Origin: Octopus sinensis
Lineage: Eukaryota
Length of the DNA: 64,000 bases
NCBI RefSeq assembly: GCF_006345805.1
Contig: NC_042998.1
Coordinates: 64,852,001-64,916,000 of the forward strand
Reading direction: 5' to 3'
Shown here in pieces: positions 57,565 to 64,000 of this stretch (position 1 is the stretch's first letter; each line of letters starts with the position of its first letter). A program made the translations under genes and the position numbers. The notes below the pieces were generated by a model that made no database searches, was not told the origin of the DNA, and saw only the letters and a program-made list of their open reading frames with translations.

Positions 57565-57945
57565 TGTTTCAATCATTTGACTCTGGCCATACTGGAGCAT
57601 CGTCTTTAGTCGAGCATATCGACTCCAGGACTTATCCTTTGTTATCCTAGTACATATTCTATCATTCTCTTATGCCGAACCGTTAAGTAACGGGAACGTA
57701 AACATACCAGCACCGGTTGTCAAGCGATGTTGGGGGGACAAATATAGATACGCAAATACACACACACGCATACACACACACACACACATGTACACATATG
57801 AAGGGATTCTTCAGTCTACTAAATACACTCACAAGGATTTGGTCGGCCCGAAGCTATAGTAGAAGACACTTGCCCAAGTTACCACGCAGTGGGACTGAAC
57901 CCGGAAGCCTGTGGTTAGTAAGCAAGCTACTTACCACACAGCCCT
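57565..57945 (-). mobile_element. tRNA-derived SINE
   Basis: Minus-strand head ggctgtgtggtaagtagc (A box) and gggttcagtccc (B box); internal CA repeat. Confidence 0.85.
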
Positions 57946-58840
57946 CCTGCTGAGAATACATGTTGGATGTTTAAAGCAAAATAACAACAACCAAACCCGT
58001 GACGTGGAGTATTTTCTTTAAGGTAACGTTTCGCGTATTACGAAACGTTTCCTGTAAACATATAATACATTATTTACAATTCATGATTTATTTCTTGAAT
58101 ATGGGATAGAAGCTATACATGGCCGAAGATTTTTAATTATAATATTCTTTATATTGAATGTAGAATCACTGATATAGATATGTCGATCAAGAATGCTTAA
58201 TGTAGAAGCCAATATTCTTGCAGTACCACATGGTTTAACCATTACTCCCAGCAGGTAATTTACTTTCACCATTAAACATATTATATCGTCTAGCCAAGTC
58301 GATATTTATGAGTTAAAGCTAAAATAACTGCATTTATATATCAATATAAGTGAATACTTCAGAATCTGTACGAGTATTTGAACAAGAGCAAATGTTAACA
58401 TTCCTTGAAGCAGTAAATATCGAAAAAATATTTAAACATTTACGGGAAACTTCATTGTATTATCTCTTATATCATTATGGCGTTCCAAAACGAATTTTTA
58501 AAAACTATATTTGCTTATATTCGAAGACAATATGCAACTTTAAATGACCTTTCAAACATAAATGTAATACGTCATGACATTTCAAATCTTCACACATTTT
58601 GCCAGTTTAGTAAAATATGTAATCAAATAATTTCAGAATATTGTTTCAAATTCGCAATTTTTTAAACATGTACAGCGACACAAAAATATATTAGAAATAA
58701 TCAATACATTTTCGGTGGAATCTAGTGTACATTCCGATATAACACCAATCCGAGCGTTTCCAGACGGATCCTACCTTTTAGAAGACAATATTGTAATGCA
58801 ATAACAAATCTTTGAGCGAGGTATAAATAATAGCTACACG

Positions 58841-59447
58841 ACATCGTGAAGTATATTTGCCACCTATATGTGGTTAACCCTTAAGGGTGAATGCTACTCT
58901 TCCTCCAGCTGGCTATTGATACACATTCTGTGCCCTATCAGTATTTGCACAGGAAAGTCATCTTTCCCATCTCCAGGCTGACGTGATACACACGGAGTCG
59001 AGTTTCTGGGTATTGACCTGTCATCAGCGTGTGACAACCACGGGTTGGCTATGGGACGTGGTTCTCAATGCAAATATATATACCTTTTCCAGTGACGAAA
59101 ACTCACTGATCGACAAAAATGGAAACAAGCAATAATAAATCTCGTCACAAGCAGTGATAAATTTCGTCATTGGAAAACGTATATATATATTTGCATTGAG
59201 AACCACTTCCAATCGCCAACCGGAGGTTGCCACACGCTGATGACGGGTCAATACCCAGTAACTTGGATCCGTGTGCATCACGTCAGGCTGGAGATGGGAA
59301 AGATTACTTCCCTTTGCAAATACTGATAGGGGGCAGAATGTGTGTCAATAACCAGCTGTAGGAGATGTCTTCATGGGACTACAAGCTATAGTAGCATTAA
59401 CCCTTAAGAGTTAACCACATTTAGGTGGCAAATATACTTCTCAATAT
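58841..59447. repeat. Fold-back element, about 260-285-nt diverged arms, about 60-nt spacer, one hammerhead-like motif per arm
   Basis: 58841-59100 is the approximate reverse complement of 59162-59447. Motifs lie at 58989-59033 (minus) and 59231-59275 (plus). Confidence 0.88.
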
Positions 59448-62023
59448 TGTGATGCTTGTGAATTTTAGTTCAGTGAATGGGGGTTATCAGAGTTCTAATC
59501 CTGGTATAACGCCTGAATATTTTGCAGCATAAAAATGTATTGAAGTAGGTAGAGAAACTTAGCCTACATAGATAGACTGAGGAAGGACGTCTGAGTCTAG
59601 TATTTAAGTGATGTAAGACTACAATTGATTGGGAACACTCGAACGAGGATTTATTAAATTCAGAAGTATGTAACTGACAGCATTACGATTAACACAGCCA
59701 AAAACGATGAGCAGAAAAAAAAAATATTGATGTTTGAATAATAAAATTAATTGACTGAAGAGGTGACTTGTTTGTTAGCACAATTTGGTTTGCATGCTAT
59801 TTTAGATTGATCAGGCATCTTATTTCTCTTCTTATAACAAAGGATTTCATTATATGATGAAAAAGCACCCTCCTATCCGTGGCAAATGCACTCTATTGTA
59901 TCTCACACATGATATTTGTAAATGGTTGGTTTTTAGTGTGGTGCAAATTATTTTATTTCTTTGGCGAAATTATATTGATACATAAATCCAATTGCTTTAT
60001 TTGTGGATAGTTTTTGTTTTTTCTAGCTCGGAGCTGAGAAAACTAATAAGGAGAGTACAGGAGGCGGTCAAAAACGCCAGCTTCTATATATGGCTGAAGC
60101 AGGAAGACCAAAAATGGCTTGAAAGTCATAACATGCCGGCGGAAAATGACATCACTAGGTGAGACAAGCTGACACTGAATTAGCTTCGCTGATTGAGAGA
60201 TGACGGTATCGATTAGAGAATGCGTGGGCTGAGACTACGCGCCTTCATTGGTCAGTTAAAGTTGAGACAGTGTCACGTAACAACTTGCTGGAGCTGTCTG
60301 CTGGAGACTAGCAGCAGGTATTTAAAGGAAAAAAAAATTGACAAGACAGTCAGTCGTCCGCTGACACTCGTTGACGCTACATCGAAGAGGCTAGGGAACA
60401 GAAGAAAGACGAAGAAAGAAGACACCTCCGAAAGGTGGGGGACCTCGCCACGTCAAAACGGTAGAGGAGTACGGCTCGAACGTGGTTCCTGCTGATGGTG
60501 TCTTGAGCTAACTTGATACTATAAAGGAGCTGTTGTGGTAGCAGACCACAAAACACGGTTGAAATTCCTTCTGTTAGTGGTAATTTTGCTTGCAGAGACT
60601 GTCATTTATAGGGATTAGTATTCGATGTGGTGGTGAGTGTTGCCACTGCAGCTTTTTCATATACAATGATTTTAGAAATGAAACGTTTACCTTGATAGTT
60701 GAAATGATTGAAGCAGTTGATTGACGAGCTCTGAGGAGGATGTGACTTCCTTTGTCATATTCGTAGGCATTCCAGGATTGCTTTTCACTAAGCACATGTT
60801 TCGTTTGGTGCGCCGTGGATCTATGAGTAGGATGTTTGCTTATGAATGTTTAGAGAAAAATTAAGACAAGAGTTATCTGCGATCGGCCGACGAAATATAT
60901 CACTGAGCTTAAAGAGATAGACTCTGATACGCACTAGAAGCGATAATGTGGATTCGTAAATTATTTCTACACATTTGAATATTAAGGATTGACAGCAACT
61001 TTGATGTAAGCCATAAAGCTTGATTAAATTATTGATGTACTGTTTGCATACCTGACCTGTTCGCGAGATGTCTTGATGTCGAGGTTATCAATAGAGTGTC
61101 CATCAAAATTCTGGAGTGTAAGAGCACACTGGTGGCTGAAAAAAGATCTGGAGTTTCACGTATATGTAAAGATGTAAATGAGATGATTGAAGTCTTACGG
61201 CTCAAGTGTTAGGGGAGGCTGTTCTATATGGCAGTCTCACACGTATTGGAACAGAAAGTATTATTACGGTAAATGAAATATTGCAGTACTTTGGAAAATA
61301 TCAAAATACATTTTATGCATTGTTTGAAACTACTAATTAATAGGGACTTTTTCGAGCTTTGTTGATTGGCTGGTAATTTCTCGATTACTTTATCCTCATT
61401 ATCTGGCGGAAAGAGAATTAATATTTTTTTCATGGGATTTACATTGTGCGTGTCGTTTGTAAGTAGAAAAATATGAATATCGTGTGTGAGTTATTTATCC
61501 ACGAGAATACAGATACTCATAAAATGATGACAGCCAAGATTTAGAACCTTCCGTTTGTCCTGGGTCCAAAATAACCTGTATAAATTGGAGATAAATTTAA
61601 CTTTTACACGAGATGTGATGCTAGGTAAGATTCAAGCTGAAGAAATTATGATAATTTCAAATCAATCTCAGTGAAATTAGTGTTATTTTTGCTTTACTCG
61701 CTGTGGAACAGCTATGTCTAACGAGCGTAGAAGTCATAGACCAGCAACACTTGGTAATGAGTGTCATGGAGCGACCTCTAGGTAATAGTAGGTTTTACTA
61801 AACTAATAGTTTTGTAAATGAAAATTGTAATATGAATTATTGATATATTTTAAATTGATATTCGTAGGGTTATTTTTCCCGATTTTAAACACTGAATAGT
61901 CTTTATTTTGGAGCAAAATTGTTGTGGCGAGAGTCATTGACGCCTTTGCGATATTGGAAGATTGGACTAGTCGAACTCTTAGAAAGAGTAGTGATCGCTA
62001 GTAGAGAGAGCATTTTGCTAATT

Positions 62024-62117
<94 letters not shown>

Positions 62118-62147
62118 ATGTACGTGTATGGGTGTATACAGACATTA

Positions 62148-62701
62148 TTGGGTCATCCCCCAAATAATGGGTTTTTAAAAATTTTATGAACTAAAAGTCG
62201 GGATAAACTACATGCTTAAACTTACAATAAAAGCAGATAATAATTTTACCTTTTACTTGTTCTTAGCGTTAAATCTGAAGAGTGCAGTTCGATTTTAATA
62301 GGTATGTTGTTGTTTTTTTTTCAAAGATATAGTGGAAATGACAAAGAAGCATATTCGGCATATTTTATTTATGAGTTCAATAAATACAACAACGCAATGG
62401 GAAGTGCAAGGCATATTAATGCAGTATATGAGGATCGGGCAATAAGCGTAAGCCAATGTCAACGGTGATACCAATAATTCGAAGCCGAGAACTACGGCCT
62501 TGAAGACGAGCCTATTTCAGGAAGATCTTTAGAGCTCGACAAGAACGACCTGAAAAATTCCGTCGTAACTATTCAAGAACTAGTAGAGAAGCTTGGATTT
62601 AACCATTTTATTGCAAGTTTATGCATGTAGTTTATCCCGTCATCCTCCGACTTTTAGTTCATGTAATTAAAAAAAAACGCATTATATATGGGATGGCCCA
62701 A
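62148..62701 (+). mobile_element. Internally deleted mariner with both TIRs
   Basis: TA then ttgggtcatccccaaataatg ... cattatatatgggatggcccaa. N-terminal transposase MEMTKKHIRHILFYEFNK..SARHINAVY..QCQR*..LEDEPISGR. Confidence 0.82.
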
Positions 62702-63024
62702 TCATGTTTGTATACACCCATACACGTATATATACACACACATACATATATGTGTATATATATATATATATTTATATACTCCTATATGTGTGTTTTCAGT
62801 GTATATATATATATGCATACACACTCCTATATATATGTGTTTTCAGTGTGTGTATGTGTACACGCATACTCACATACCTATACATATACACACGCGCACA
62901 CGTGTAAATACGTCCGCAAGCTTATACCTTAGCATGCTTATGCAGGCATCTGCCAATTCATCCAACAACAATGGTGATAATGATAAGCAAATATCAGTTT
63001 TAAATTTTTTGCTTATGGCTAACA

Positions 63025-63150
63025 AAATTGCGAGGAAGGCGAGTGAATTACGTCCTCCCCAGTGCTTGACTGGTATTTATGTTATCGACCCCAAAAGGAT
63101 GGAATTCAAAGTTGACCTCCCCGGGACTTGAACTCAGAACGTAAAGACAA
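63025..63150 (-). mobile_element. SINE fragment (cagtgcttgactggtattt..atcgacccc family)
   Basis: Shares the motif with remnants at about 16690-16765, 44400-44460 and 54790-54870. Confidence 0.6.
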
Positions 63151-64000
63151 ACGAAAGGATGAAATGCAAAGCAGATCTCAGGATTCTATGTCTGACTTTG
63201 CAAATAATTTTCGCTGCTCATCGCCTCCGTTGCAGTTTTGGCCGCTCAGTTCTTTTGTTCTAAATAGCCTTTGTTACTACAATAGAATAAAAATCAATTT
63301 CAAACAACAATGTCGGTTGCCTTGTGTTGTAAACAACCGTTTACAGATTTGGATAGGGATTTTTATGATGCAGATTTCAAATTCAATACTCTCCTGCAAA
63401 ATATTCAAGTTTTGTGATTTAGTCGCAATGCCAATATGAGTGACACATTTGTCGCCTATGACATTTCGTTGCAAGCATCGATTAAGTGGATTACGGCGTT
63501 ATTTTAATCTTGAAACCCAGACATGAACACAACTCGAGCTTCAATAGATATGAGAAAATATGAAAGAATATAAACATATATCCGAAAGCGCTTAGCTTCT
63601 GTATATATGTTTGTGCCCGTGTGGGTGTTTAGAAACAGCTTAGAAAAATATGCATTTAGCGGTCAACTTTAATGCGTTTGCATCTGTGTGTTACCGAATA
63701 ATGCAAATGAAAATCAAGAAGATATTTCGATAATTTGGTTAATTGAAGCAAGATGCATTCATAAAGTATTAGAACATCTTCGGTTGCAAAGGAGCATGAA
63801 GTACAAATATGCACTGAAGTGAACCTGAATGAAAACGATGCAAGAACATCTAGAGACACTGAAGATAATTATTGATGGAGTTTTAATAATTTAGGCCGTA
63901 GTATAACGAATGAGAATAGCATTCGGAGAAATTCTTAGGTTAGAGCAATATGCTTGTTATTCTGTTTGAATATGATTCATTCGACGACTGCATGACATAA

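Noticed and set aside
62688-63131. 147-aa ORF
   Set aside because: A chimera of mariner TIR, CA/TA microsatellite and SINE sequence.

Overview
AT-rich eukaryotic genomic DNA dense in (TA)n, (CA)n and (AAT)n microsatellites. The SINE and repeat families resemble those I recall from octopus genomes, so the taxon is inferred, not verified. I could build one host gene, which the ORF track shows only as fragments. It is a compact 7-exon minus-strand gene (CDS 52512 to 43104, 915 nt, 304 aa) with a TATA box and Inr, a signal peptide, two phase-1 micro-exons (27 and 24 nt), one EF-hand-like loop and a beta-rich C-terminus of unassigned family. The C-terminus may be distantly related to Cyt/volvatoxin cytolysins. 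The rest is mostly transposon-derived: a CR1/L2-group LINE 3' end, a near-intact Neptune-type Penelope RT + GIY-YIG, two R4/Dong restriction-endonuclease retrotransposons inside (AAT)n arrays, a decayed RTE, an L1/Tx1-like ORF1 remnant, three mariner remnants and many tRNA-derived SINEs. The most unusual non-coding pattern is a series of long inverted repeats. At 34.7, 55.9 and 59.0 kb, and in decayed form at 12.3 and 26.6-31.5 kb, each arm carries a minimal Penelope-type hammerhead ribozyme motif (or a remnant of one) facing outward. All coordinates and folds were derived by eye; no searches were run.
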